From: Longimicrobiales bacterium
GTDB lineage: Bacteria; Gemmatimonadota; Gemmatimonadetes; Longimicrobiales; Gaopeijiaceae
Assembly (NCBI GenBank): GCA_965237965.1
Contig: CBDEGT010000002.1
Location: forward strand, 77,496-141,495
Reading direction: 5' to 3'
DNA: 64,000 nt
Shown one piece after another: positions 49,723 to 60,170 of this stretch. Numbering within the stretch: position 1 is the first letter of the stretch; every line of letters starts with the position of its first letter. The notes under the pieces are model-generated. The model saw only the letters and a program-made list of their open reading frames with translations. It had not been told where the DNA came from and made no database searches. The translations under genes and the position numbers were made by a program.

Positions 49723-52422
49723 ATGGCCCTGTTCGGTATCCGGAAATCGCTCCGCCCATCTGCCGCCGAGCTTCCGCTTGCACTCCAGGAACTGCTGGGT
49801 GAAGTAAAAGAGGAGAAGGCGGAGCTCGAGGTTGTCCTCGAGCGGGTGCGCAGGGCCGCCAAGTCCATGAGCAAGGTGGACAAGCAGCTCGTCGATGTGG
49901 CGAGGCGCCAAGAGGCGTTCGGCGAGGTGCTAGCATCGGCTGAGAGCCGCGCTGACAGCGTCTCCGAGCTTTCTGACGAGGTTGCCCGAGCTCGTGACTG
50001 CGCGGCTGAGCTGGAGCAAGGCCAGGGCGAGGCTGGGGAGGGACTCGCTCAGATACGCGAAGAGATGGGGTCTTTCGAAGGGGAGATTACCGGGATCAAG
50101 GCTGCCCTCATGGAGGCGCGCAAGGTGCGCGCCGACGTGGAGGGGTTGGCCGGGCCGGCGGGCACGGTGGACCAGCTCAAGCAGAAGTCGGAAGAAGTGG
50201 GCGAGCGGCTCAAGGACGTGCGGGAAGGTCTCCATGCCGTAGAGGAGACTCAGGAGACGCTGCGGAAGGGGCAGGCGGTGGAGCAGGGCGAGCTCGAGGA
50301 GCTACGCTCTCTATCGCAGCGCCTGGGACGCGAGGTGGAGGAGGCTTCCGCACGGCTGGCTCGTATGGAGGCTGCAACCTCCAAGGTGACCAAGGTAGGG
50401 GAGGTGGCGTCCCGGGTGGAGCAGCAGCTTCAGAACCTTAATGCGCTTGCCGAGCACGTCAGCCGCAAGACCGGGTCTCTCGAGGAGCAGCGCGAAGTCG
50501 TTGACCGGGCGGCCGCCCAGGCCGCCCGCCTGGACGATCTCGTGTGGGACGTGGACAAGAAGCTCAAGAAGGTCACCGAGGATTCCAAGGTGATCCAGAA
50601 GACGCAGAAGCGGATTCTCGGAGTACAGGAGCTGGTGCAACGGGTGGAGGAGCAGCTAGGCACCCTGAGGACGCGCGAAGAGAACGTGGCCCGGGAGGGC
50701 AGGGGTCTGGAGAAGCGGCTGGGCGAAATTCGTGACGAAATCGACGCCGGGCTCCAACGCTTCGAGATGGAGCGTAGTGGCCTGGATACGGTGAACACAC
50801 AGGTCCTCAGCCTGAGGAGCACACTCGGAGAGTTCGAGGGCCGGCGCTCAGACATGGAGAAAGCCACTCGCGATATGGCTGGGGCCACGGCGCGGGCGGA
50901 CGATTTGACCGCACGGCTGGCCACCCTCATGACAGACATGGGACGGGTGGACGAGCAGGCGGAGCGCGCACACGCCATGCGTTCCGTTTTGGAGCGGGCC
51001 GAGGCGTCCGCTGCGCGGGTGCGGGAGCAGGTTCAGAGCCTAGAGGACTCGCAACCGTCCCTGGACACGATGGCAGCTGACATCGTCGAGCTGAGCAAGG
51101 CGCACGACGGGGTCAACGATACGCTGGAACAGCTCAAGGAAGCCCGCGCCGAGGTGGAGCGGAGTCACGCCGCACAAGCGGACACCCGCTCCTGGCTGAC
51201 CCAAACGCAGACCCAACTCGATGAGTTGAGGACTCAGGTCGCGGACATGGACCTTGCCGGCGCGCGCATCGACGAGACGCGCACGGCGTTGGATGATCTC
51301 GCTGCGCGCAATGACCTGATCGAAGAGCGCAAGCGCTTGCTGACGTCCGTGGAAGAGAGGTTGAACGACCTCGGCATGCTGTCGAATAGCCTGGACGAGC
51401 GCATGAGCGTGATGGAATCGCATCGGGCTGCCATGACCGAACTCGAGGAACACGCTCGCGGGCTGAACGACCGACTCGATGATGCCGACCGTCGTTTCAA
51501 GCAGGTGGCCCAACGCGCCGAAGAAGCTGGACAGGTGGAGGGGCGTTTTGACGCCTTGGCGAAGCGCGTGGAAGGCACGGAGGACCGGATCCGGGAGGTC
51601 GATGCGACGGTTAGGTCAGCCGGCCTCCGTGCGGCCGACGTGGAGTCGCTCGGGGTCAAGATCGAGGCCGTAGGTCAGGAGCTGGAGACGCGCGAGAAGG
51701 CTCTACAGAGAGCGATGGCCGATCTGGGGCGTGCCACCGCCCTGCACAAGGACCTCTCGAAAGGGATCCGGGATCTGGAGGAACAGCAGCGGCGCGTGTC
51801 CCATGCGGCTGCTGCGGCGGGCGAACAGGCCTCCCTCATGGCAGAGCTGGCTGACCAGGTCGAGGGCAGGGTGGGCAACCTGCGCTTCGCGGAAAAGCGC
51901 ATCACCCAGTTCGAGGAGAAGCTTGCTGGCTTTTCGGCGGCCGAGCAGAGTCTGGAGCAAACGCTCCAGAACCTGGCCACACGGCAGGAAGGAGTGGACG
52001 CAGTGCGTGGAGAGCTGGATCAGTTATTCACCGCGGTGGAGGGCACGGTGAGCGACGTGAGGAGCATCACAGACGCGCGCCAGGAAATCCAGCGTTCTCG
52101 GGCCGTGCTCGACGATGTCCTCGAACGAGCGGCTCGTGTAGACGAGCTCGCGCTTGCAGTCGACAAGAAAAAAATGGAGATCGGCGACGCCGAGGAGCGC
52201 ATGGCGCGACTGGACACGCTCCTCAACGACATCCAGGGCAGTCTCGAGACGGTCCACAGCCAGAAGGCGGTGGTGGACGCGGTGCTCGAGAAAGCGGGGC
52301 AGCTGTCGTTCCAAGCGAAGGAGGCCGAGGCTCTGATCACTGCGCTCCGCGAAGAGCGCGACGTGGCGGCGCGCGTGCTGGAGGCGGTGCGCGAGGCGCG
52401 CGCGGAGAAGCGGGTCAGCTGA
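49723..52422 (+). CDS. 899-aa all-alpha coiled-coil protein (E/A/R/L-rich), no NTPase or other catalytic motifs
   Basis: Continuous heptad-like sequence across 2.7 kb. No Walker A and no MCP signature. Antisense frames have only short ORFs, so this frame is the coding one. Confidence 0.7.
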   Translation: MALFGIRKSLRPSAAELPLALQELLGEVKEEKAELEVVLERVRRAAKSMSKVDKQLVDVARRQEAFGEVLASAESRADSVSELSDEVARARDCAAELEQGQGEAGEGLAQIREEMGSFEGEITGIKAALMEARKVRADVEGLAGPAGTVDQLKQKSEEVGERLKDVREGLHAVEETQETLRKGQAVEQGELEELRSLSQRLGREVEEASARLARMEAATSKVTKVGEVASRVEQQLQNLNALAEHVSRKTGSLEEQREVVDRAAAQAARLDDLVWDVDKKLKKVTEDSKVIQKTQKRILGVQELVQRVEEQLGTLRTREENVAREGRGLEKRLGEIRDEIDAGLQRFEMERSGLDTVNTQVLSLRSTLGEFEGRRSDMEKATRDMAGATARADDLTARLATLMTDMGRVDEQAERAHAMRSVLERAEASAARVREQVQSLEDSQPSLDTMAADIVELSKAHDGVNDTLEQLKEARAEVERSHAAQADTRSWLTQTQTQLDELRTQVADMDLAGARIDETRTALDDLAARNDLIEERKRLLTSVEERLNDLGMLSNSLDERMSVMESHRAAMTELEEHARGLNDRLDDADRRFKQVAQRAEEAGQVEGRFDALAKRVEGTEDRIREVDATVRSAGLRAADVESLGVKIEAVGQELETREKALQRAMADLGRATALHKDLSKGIRDLEEQQRRVSHAAAAAGEQASLMAELADQVEGRVGNLRFAEKRITQFEEKLAGFSAAEQSLEQTLQNLATRQEGVDAVRGELDQLFTAVEGTVSDVRSITDARQEIQRSRAVLDDVLERAARVDELALAVDKKKMEIGDAEERMARLDTLLNDIQGSLETVHSQKAVVDAVLEKAGQLSFQAKEAEALITALREERDVAARVLEAVREARAEKRVS

Positions 52423-52537
52423 TCTAGCCGACGCGCACGACGTTGCAGTAGGCTCTAGCCCGCCGCAGCCACCAGACCTGTGCGTCTACGAGGCGTGCGG
52501 TCGTCTCCTCTGTGCAGCCCTTACGGGACTGCCTGAT

Positions 52538-53434
52538 TCACATCTCAGGAGGGAGACGGTATGATCTGGCCAGCTCTGATGGCCTTGGCAGGCAGCCCCT
52601 GCCGCCCATCGCCTCGTGTGCTGTGTTCCTCGCCTGCGTGACGCTTTCGTCGTGCGCTGGCGGCGCTCCCGCTCCCTCTGTCCGCCCGGCTAGGGCATCG
52701 CTCACTCGGTTCACCACCTCGGTGACGGAGCTTCGGCAGCGGATGGAAGAACGCCCGTCGTGCGTCCTCGAGGCCACGAAGTCGTACGACCAGACGTGGC
52801 CCCGATACAGCGGCCTCAGCCGGATGCACGATCCGTCGTTGAGCCACAGCCGACCTCGCTTCGGCTGCCGCTCCGGGACCTTCAGCCCCTCCTGTCTCCA
52901 GATCCGCTCCACCCGCTTGTGGTTCACGGCCCAGCCCTCCGTCCTCAGCATCCCGGTCACCATCCGGTACCCGTAGCGCCCGAACCTGCGAGCCACCTTC
53001 ACCACGTCCTCTCTCAGCGCCTCCTCATCTTCGCTTCGCTTCGGTATCCGACGCTGCGTCGAGCGTGCCTGGCCCAACACCCGGCACGCCCTGCGCTCAC
53101 TCACCCCAAGCCGCTGGCGTACTTGCACCACGCAGCGTCTGCGCCGCTCGGGGCTTAGAAGTTTCCCTCGGAGGCTTCCTTCAAGATCAGCTTGTCCAGC
53201 GTCAGCTCTGCCACCGCCCGCTTCAGCTGTTGGTTCTCCTTCTCGAGCTCCTTGAGACGCTTCGCCTGGCTCAGCTTCATTCCCCCCCGTACTCCCGCCT
53301 CCATCGGTAGTACGTTTGCTCGCTCACCCCCAGGTCTCGGCACACCTCTTTGGTCGTATTGCCGTTCGCCAGGGCCACCTCTGCCTTGCGTAGCCGGTTG
53401 ATGATCTGTGCCGGACTCAGCCTCTTTGGTGCGG
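52538..53434 (-). pseudogene. second IS3-family (IS407-like) element remnant: orfA with frameshift at a G7 tract, plus orfB HTH/N-terminal half only
   Basis: orfA MAAPKRLSPAQIINRLRKAEVALANGNTTKEVCRDLGVSEQTYYRWRREYGG | MKLSQAKRLKELEKENQQLKRAVAELTLDKLILKEASEGNF. orfB ..GYRMVTGMLRTEGWAVNHKRVERIWRQEGLKV..SCIRLRPLYRGHVWSYDFV.. then loss of homology. Confidence 0.6.
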
Positions 53435-53649
53435 CCATTGTGCCCTCCCCTTTCGTGTCTTGACCCCGTCCAGATTCTAAAACTGGACGGGGTTGTTAGC
53501 GGCGGCCCAAAATTGCACAGATGTGGCGGCCGAAAATTGCGCACTTGGCGACTTCGTGGCTGCGAAGCGCCGGGCATGACACGACAGGGCCGAGCGACCT
53601 CGTAGCCGATCGTTCACGTTGGCGTCTCCTCGAGAGCGGTGGGGGCGCG

Positions 53650-54690
53650 ATGATCGGATGGGAGAAGCGAGTGTTGCTGAGGCATTATCTCGAGCAAGGC
53701 CTAACGAAGGCCGCGGTAGCTGAGCAGCTAGGCGTGAGTCGGCGCACGGTTCACTACTGGATCGAGACGGGGCAGCTGGACCGGGACATAAGCGAGGAGA
53801 CGACGCGGTACGGGCCTCGACCACCGGTGCCGACGAAGCTGGACGCGTACAAGGGCATTGTACTGAGCCGGTTGGCCGAGTACCCGGAGCTCACGGCGGT
53901 CCGGCTCTTCGAAGAGATCAAGGCAGCCGGCTACTCAGGCGGCTACACGCAGGTGAAGGAGTACGTGCGGCGGGTCAGGCTCCGGCCACCCGAGGAGCCC
54001 TTGGTACGCTTCGAGACTGCGCCGGGCCATCAGGGCCAGGTAGACTTCGCGGACTTCCGGCTACCGTGGGGCAAGCGCTACGCGCTTCTCGTGGTCCTGG
54101 GCTACTCGCGCCAGCTGTGGCTGCGGTACTTCACTCGCAAGACGATGGCTCATGTCTTTGAGGGCCTGGAGGCCGCATTCGCCTCGTTCGGTGGCGTACC
54201 GTCCGAGCTACTGTTCGATCAGATGAAGGCGGTCATCATTGATGATGAGCGCGACGCAGGTGGCCGGGTCACTGAGAACGCCGAGTTCCTGCGCTTCGCG
54301 TATCACTGGGACTTCCGGGTCCGAGCGTGTCGGCCGTATCGGGCGAAGACCAAGGGCAAGGTCGAGCGACCGGTGAGTTACGTGCGCTCGAGCTTCTTCT
54401 ACGGCCGCACGTTCACATCCGACTCTGATCTCAACGCTCAGGCCCAGCACTGGCTCGATACGGTGGCTAATGTGCGCAACCACGGCACACTCAAGGAGCG
54501 ACCGGTCGACCGCCTCGAGCGGGAGCTGAGCGACCTGAAGCCGCTCGCTCTACGTCCATACCGCTCCTACGTGCTGCCGCCCATGGTGAAGAAGCAGCCA
54601 GCGCAGACTCAGGTGAACAAGGTGCCACGCATCGACGTTCAGCGTCGACCGCTCGAGACGTATGCTCAGGTCGTGGGAGGCGCCCGGTGA
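53650..54690 (+). CDS. istA: IS21 family transposase IstA
   Basis: HTH ..LTKAAVAEQLGVSRRTVHYWIE.. and DDE core ..HQGQVDFADFRLPWGKRYALLVVLGYSRQLWL.. Confidence 0.85.
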   Translation: MIGWEKRVLLRHYLEQGLTKAAVAEQLGVSRRTVHYWIETGQLDRDISEETTRYGPRPPVPTKLDAYKGIVLSRLAEYPELTAVRLFEEIKAAGYSGGYTQVKEYVRRVRLRPPEEPLVRFETAPGHQGQVDFADFRLPWGKRYALLVVLGYSRQLWLRYFTRKTMAHVFEGLEAAFASFGGVPSELLFDQMKAVIIDDERDAGGRVTENAEFLRFAYHWDFRVRACRPYRAKTKGKVERPVSYVRSSFFYGRTFTSDSDLNAQAQHWLDTVANVRNHGTLKERPVDRLERELSDLKPLALRPYRSYVLPPMVKKQPAQTQVNKVPRIDVQRRPLETYAQVVGGAR

Positions 54691-55511
54691 AGGCCGCTGT
54701 GCGCTCGCGTCGTGACCGGATCCGGGGCCAGCTCGCTGACCTCAAGATGCCCGGTGCGCTCGAGTCGCTCCACGACGTGCTCGCGGGTGTCGACGGCGGA
54801 GGCGTCACGGCATCGGAAGCCATCGAACAACTGCTCGGGGCTCAGATCACGCTGCGCAACAACCGAAGACTCCAGGCCGCGATGCGTTCGTCTCGGCTCC
54901 CTGCCATCAAGCTGCTCGCCGACTTCGACTTCAGCTTCCAGCCCTCCATCAAGCGCGAGCAGATCGACTCCCTGCACGAGCTCGGCTTCTTGGAGCACAA
55001 GGAGAACGTGATCTTCCTCGGCCCACCCGGTGTCGGTAAGACCCATCTCGCGATCAGCCTCGCCATCGAGGCCGCCCAGAGCGGGCGCAGGGTCTACTAC
55101 GGCACGCTCGCCGACCTCATCACCTCGCTCGAGGAGGCCAAGGCCGCCGGCAAGTTCGGGCACCGCCTCAAGACGCTGACCTACCCCGCGCTCCTCGTCG
55201 TCGACGAGATCGGCTACCTGCCTGTCTCTCAGACCGGCGCCATGCTCTTCTTCCAGCTCATCAACCGCCGCTACGAGCGAGCATCGACCGTGCTGACTTC
55301 GAACAAGGGCTTCGAGGAGTGGGGCCAAGTCTTCGGCGACGAGGTCATGGCTGCCGCGCTGATCGACCGGCTCCTGCACCACTGTCACATCGTTAACATC
55401 CGGGGCAACAGCTACCGGATGCGCCATCACACCGAGCTCTCCAGGTCCCTCCACTCCGCTCCTTCGGAGCCGAACTCTTCACTCCATCGGCCTAGGAGAT
55501 CAAGAACATAA
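54687..55511 (+). CDS. istB: IS21 family helper ATPase IstB
   Basis: Walker A GPPGVGKTHLA and Walker B LLVVDEIGYLP. Stop overlaps the istA end. Confidence 0.9.
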   Translation: MKAAVRSRRDRIRGQLADLKMPGALESLHDVLAGVDGGGVTASEAIEQLLGAQITLRNNRRLQAAMRSSRLPAIKLLADFDFSFQPSIKREQIDSLHELGFLEHKENVIFLGPPGVGKTHLAISLAIEAAQSGRRVYYGTLADLITSLEEAKAAGKFGHRLKTLTYPALLVVDEIGYLPVSQTGAMLFFQLINRRYERASTVLTSNKGFEEWGQVFGDEVMAAALIDRLLHHCHIVNIRGNSYRMRHHTELSRSLHSAPSEPNSSLHRPRRSRT

Positions 55512-55934
55512 GGAGCAGAAGACGACCTAGAGGCTCGTCACCTCCGTCGGGTGTAACCTTTTCACCCGCCACGAATGAGCAATTTTCGTCCGGCGTTGAC
55601 AGGGGTCTCGTTTTAGGGGGGCAGATCAGGAACGCGGGTGCTTCCGAGACGCTTGTTGAGCCATTTGTCGATGACATTTCGGTTGGGGCGTGAGCGGCCT
55701 CTGCAATGTGCAGCAGCCAAGTGTACGAGGGTCTCCAATCGAATTGTATTAGCCTGGAGAGCGGGCACAGTGAGGAGTCCGGCAAGCATAGGGACAGTAG
55801 ACTTCGGATCGCGCCTGCCCATGCAACGGGCGAGACGTCTCAACTCAGGAGCATTTAGCGGAATCACTTCGAACCGGATGACGGCGAAATCGATAAGACA
55901 GGCCTGCTTCGGGATACGATCCAAGCAGGTGGTT

Positions 55935-56989
55935 GGTCAAGCCTAAGGCGTTCCGCCGGAACGTCGGAGCCGATGAAGTCCGGGATCTCATGGCCTTCTA
56001 CGAGGAGGGCGCGGCCGCGGGCGGCTTCGAGGAGGGGGTCCGCACCGCGCTCGAGGCGATCCTGGCGAGCCCGCGCTTCGTTTTCCGCTTCGAGCCCCCG
56101 CCCCGGGACGTGCGCCCGGGCGAGAGGTATGCGGTCGGAGAGGATCAACCCGGATGTACGCTCTTACCCGGACTTCCATCAGCAGCTGAAGGACGCCATG
56201 CTCCGCGAGACGGAGCTGTTCTTCCACGGCCTGGTGAGGGAGGACCGGTCCGTGCTCGAGCTGTTCACGGCCGACTACACGTTCGTCAACGAGCGGCTGG
56301 CTCGGCACTACGGCATTGCGGGCGTCACGGGCGAGGAGTTCGTGCGCGTGACCTACCCCGACGGTCGGCGTAGGGGGCTACTCGGACACGGGAGCGTCTT
56401 GACGGCCACGTCGCTCGCGGGTCGCACCTCGCCGGTGCTCAGGGGCAAGTGGGTGATGGAGGTGATCCTGGGCACGCCGCCACCGCCTCCTCCGCCCGGC
56501 ATTCCCGACCTCGACCAAACCGACGCCACGAGGGAAGGTCGTACGCTGAGCACGCGCGAGCGCATGGAGGTGCATCGCGCGAGCCCGGTCTGCGGGTCTT
56601 GCCACAGCGTGATCGACCCGATCGGGCTGGCGTTGGACAACTTCGACGTGACCGGTCGGTGGCGCACACGCGAGAATGGAGCGGCCCTCGATACGCGCGG
56701 AGTGCTCTTCGACGGAACGCCCGTGGAGAGCCCCGCCGACCTGCGGCGGGCGCTGCTCGATCGGCCGATCTCGATCGTGCGCAATTTCACCGCAAACCTG
56801 CTCACGTATGCGCTCGGCCGCCGCATCGAGTACTTCGACATGCCCGAAGTGCGACGGATCGCGCGTCGCGCCGAGGCCGAGCAGTTCCGCATCTCCGCCT
56901 TCGTCAAGGGCATAGTGGAGAGCGACGTCTTCCGGATGCAGCGGGCTGATCCGGCCACGGCGAGCACCGGGTCCACCGGCCTACCGTGA
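55935..56989 (+). pseudogene. DUF1595/DUF1588/DUF1585-family protein (partner of DUF1552), 5'-truncated at the IS21 end and with an internal frameshift
   Basis: Frame 1 ..ILASPRFVFRFE.. (DUF1595). Frame 2 ..ELFTADYTFVNERLARHYGI..SPVCGSCHSVIDPIGLALDNFD.. (DUF1588/1585). Confidence 0.6.
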
Positions 56990-58395
56990 CCTTCCTGACC
57001 GGTCGCCACGTCTCGCGCCGCACCTTCCTCCGTGGCGCCGGAGCCGCGGTGGGGCTGCCCTTCCTCGAAGCCATGGTTCCGGCGGGGCGGAGACAGATCG
57101 TAAACCCCGATCCGACGCGTCTGATCGTGATCGAGATCGTGCATGGAGCGGCGGGGGCCAGCGAGTGGGGCACGCGGCAGAATCTCTGGTCCCCTGCGGC
57201 GATGGGCCGAGACTTCGACCTCAGCCGGGGCGCGCTACGCCCGCTCGAACCGTTCCGGGACCATCTGACCATCGTCAGCAACACCGACGTGCGCATGGCC
57301 GAGGCCTACGATCCGACGGAAGTCGGGGGCGATCATTTCCGCTCGAGCGCGGTCTTCCTGACGCAGGAGCACCCCGCCCAGACGGAAAGCTCCAACGTCC
57401 GCGTCGGAACCTCGCTCGACCAGCTCTACGCCCAACGCTTCGGGCAAGACACGCCCATCCCGTCCATGCAGCTATGCATCGAGAACGTAGACCAGGCGGG
57501 TGGGTGCGGGTACGGATACGCGTGCGTCTACACGGACGCGCTCAGTTGGGCCTCGCCCACCACGCCGCTTCCGATGATCCGCGATCCGGGCGTTGCGTTC
57601 GAACAGCTGTTCGGGGCAGGAGGGACCCCCGAGGCACGCGCACGGCGGCGAAGGACACAGCAGAGCATCCTCGATTGGATCGCGGCGGACGTGGCCAGCC
57701 TGAAGTCGGAACTGCAATCGGCCGACCGGCTTTGACTCGACGAGTACCTCGAGAACATCCGCGAGCTCGAGCGCCGGATCGGGAGGGTCGAAGCACAGAA
57801 TTCCTCCGGAGAGCCCCGGCAGCTCCCCGCAGCGCCGAAGGGCGTGCCCGACTCGTTCACGGAGCACGTCCATCTGATGATGGACCTGCAGGTTCTCGCG
57901 TTCCAGTCGGACGTGACCCGAGTGTTCTCGCTCAAGCTCTCCCGCGACGCGTCGGGACGGGTGTACTCCGAGAGTGGCACCGACGCCGCGTTCCATCCGG
58001 CCTCGCACCACGGAGGCAGGGAGGAGGCCATCCTCGATTTCTCCACCATCAATCGGTACCACGTGAGCATGCTTCCGTACCTGATGGAGAGGCTGGCAGC
58101 GGCGACCGAGGGCAACCGCAATCTGCTCGAGAAGTCGATGATCCTGTACGGGTCTCCCATGGCCGATGGAAACCTTCACAACCACCGCCGCTGTCCGCTG
58201 CTCGTGATGGGGGGCGCAAACGGGCAACTCCAGGGAGGCGTTCACCTGAAGGAGCCCGACGGTACGCCCATGGCCAACGCGATGCTTACGCTGCTCCACA
58301 AGCTCGGCATGGACGATCTGGAGGCCTTGGGAGACAGCACCGGAGCGATGTCGCTGGATCCTTCACCGCGCGCCCTCGATGATGCGCTGCCCTGA
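56986..58395 (+). pseudogene. DUF1552 family protein (Tat signal RRTFLRGAGAAVGLPFLEAM) containing an in-frame TGA at 57733..57735
   Basis: ORFs 56986..57735 and 57844..58395 share one frame. Sequence across the TGA (..SADRL*LDEYLENIRELERRIG..) is the conserved DUF1552 core. Confidence 0.7.
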
Positions 58396-58677
58396 CCCCG
58401 GACGCACCGCGGATCCGGTACGTCCGGTGAAGTGGACCCTGCGTGCCGACGCGTTCGGCCCGGTTGCCCTTGGTCTCTTGCTGTGGGTGGTGACGCCGTC
58501 CGCTCCGGTCGCGGACAGCGCGATGAAGGGAGACGTCGCCGGCGTGCGCGCACTGCTCGCGCGAGGAGCCGACGTGAACGCCGCTCAGGGGGACGGCATG
58601 ACCGCGCTCCACTGGGCGGCCATGAACGGGGGCTTCGAGATCGCGCAGGTCGTGATCGACGCTGGAGCAGACACCGA
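58379..58677 (+). pseudogene. ankyrin-repeat protein, 5' part (interrupted by IS1595-family element)
   Basis: ..MKGDVAGVRALLARGADVNAAQGDGMTALHWAAMNGGFEIAQVVIDAGADTE then the IS IR. Confidence 0.65.
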
Positions 58678-58875
58678 GGTGATTGTATACTTGACACCGG
58701 TGCTAAAGTCCATTAACTTGTTGGTATGGAATCGTCTTTGCTGCTCTCAGTATCGCGCTCGGCCACCTTGTCCAGCTCGGCCATAGCCCGTTTGCCGAAT
58801 AGGCGGACCATGATCTCGCGGTCGGTTGTCTCGCCGATGTTCCGGGGCAGCTTTCGCTTCTTAGGAGTCTGAGCC

Positions 58876-59763
58876 ATGAAGGACATTAACCTCATTTCGT
58901 TGTTTGACAGGTTCGGATCGGACGAGAAGTGCAGAGAGCTGTTGGAGTCCATCCGCTGGCCACATGGCGTGGCGTGCGTGCGCTGCGGCGACATGGCCGT
59001 CGATCAACTCCAGCGCAGGAGCCAATGGGAATGCCGGGGCTGCGGCTACCAGTTCAGCGTGACCTCGGGCACGATCATGCACGACACCCACCTGCCGCTG
59101 CGCAAGTGGTTCGTTGCCATCTACCTCATGTGCGATTCCCGTAAGGGGGTCAGCGCCAATCAACTCAAGCGGCAACTGAACGTCGCCTACAAGACCGCCT
59201 GGTACCTCTGTCACCGCATCCGCGAGGCCATGGGCAACGATCCGCTCAGCGGCCCCACGTTGGTCGGCGTGGTCGAAGTGGACGAGACGATGGTCGGCGG
59301 CAAGCGCAGGGGCGAGGACTGGCGCGAGAACAAGCACTGGGTGGCCGGCGCCATCGAGCGCGGTGGCCGCGTCCGCATCGAACGCATCCCCGACATCAAG
59401 AGACGCACGCTGCATGACTTCATCCGCCGTGCCGTGAAGGACGAAGCCGAGGCGATCTACACCGACGACCTCCGGTCCTACATCGGTATCGGAGATGAGG
59501 ACACGCGTCATGAGACCGTCAACCACTCCGCTGAGGAGTGGGTCATAGGGGACGTCCACACCAACAGCATCGAAGGTGTGTGGAGCCTTTTCAAGCGCTC
59601 CATCGTCGGCACCTTCCACAAGATGAGCGTCAAGCATCTTGACCGTTACCTAGAAGAGCTCGAATGGCGGCACAACAACCGCGACAACCCGTACATCTTC
59701 CGCGACACGCTTCGCCGGATCATGCGCACCGAGAACCTCACTTATCGGGAGCTGGTGGCCTAG
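58876..59763 (+). CDS. IS1595 family transposase (ISXO2-like)
   Basis: Zn ribbon ..CVRCGDMAVDQL..CRGCGYQFSVTSGT.. and DDE ..VEVDETMVGG..YTDDLRSYIGI..HTNSIEGVWSLFKRS.. Confidence 0.85.
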   Translation: MKDINLISLFDRFGSDEKCRELLESIRWPHGVACVRCGDMAVDQLQRRSQWECRGCGYQFSVTSGTIMHDTHLPLRKWFVAIYLMCDSRKGVSANQLKRQLNVAYKTAWYLCHRIREAMGNDPLSGPTLVGVVEVDETMVGGKRRGEDWRENKHWVAGAIERGGRVRIERIPDIKRRTLHDFIRRAVKDEAEAIYTDDLRSYIGIGDEDTRHETVNHSAEEWVIGDVHTNSIEGVWSLFKRSIVGTFHKMSVKHLDRYLEELEWRHNNRDNPYIFRDTLRRIMRTENLTYRELVA

Positions 59764-59771
59764 ATGTCCAA

Positions 59772-60122
59772 TCACAGTCTCATCCGCACCCTTCCAAAGT
59801 GACGGAACCATAGGCGTAAACTCGCTTCCTCTGTGCTGCACTCTTCGGCCGGACCGTAAAAGCCGACTTTCTCTAGTGGTCGCACAAGAAGATTGACTTC
59901 ATCTCGTGCCTCAGATCTCATAAAACTCTGGTTTCCGGGATCTGCCGGATTCATTGTTTCGGGCTCGCACACCTGCCTCAACTTGAGGTATGCTTTTTCT
60001 AAGGGTTTCTTGAGTTGCCTTCGCCTCAAGAATCCGGGTAGCCAGATGATCAGCATGCCCGCTCCCAGCGTGACAGAGTGGGACAGGGCTTCTTCCCTGA
60101 TGAACTGTATGATGGTATCCAT
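59772..60122 (-). CDS. small hypothetical protein inside the IS1595 element (one predicted TM helix LGAGMLIIWLPGFL)
   Basis: 116-aa ORF between the transposase stop and the right IR. No homology recognised. Confidence 0.3.
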   Translation of the reverse strand: MDTIIQFIREEALSHSVTLGAGMLIIWLPGFLRRRQLKKPLEKAYLKLRQVCEPETMNPADPGNQSFMRSEARDEVNLLVRPLEKVGFYGPAEECSTEEASLRLWFRHFGRVRMRL

Positions 60123-60170
60123 GCCCCCACGCTAGCCACGGGGTAATCCGGTGTCAAGTATACAATCACC

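Larger units (their letters stand above)
53497..55604 (+). mobile_element. IS21-family element (2108 bp) with terminal multiple repeats G(C/T)GGCGGCC(C/G)AAAATTGC(A/G)CA, 5-bp TSD GGGGT
   Basis: Two direct repeats at the left end, inverted copy at the right end (..gagcaattttcgtccggcgttgaca). GGGGT at 53492..53496 and 55605..55609. Confidence 0.8.
58678..60170 (+). mobile_element. second IS1595-family element (~1.49 kb, unrelated to the 36-39 kb one). 23-bp perfect IRs GGTGATTGTATACTTGACACCGG, with a 116-codon passenger ORF
   Basis: IRs at 58678..58700 and 60148..60170. Ankyrin coding resumes immediately after. Confidence 0.75.

Noticed and set aside
55613-55924. 103-aa ORF (-) between IS21 and the DUF1595-family fragment
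   Set aside because: No recognisable family. Lies in the truncated 5' region of the damaged gene and is likely a spurious or relict frame.
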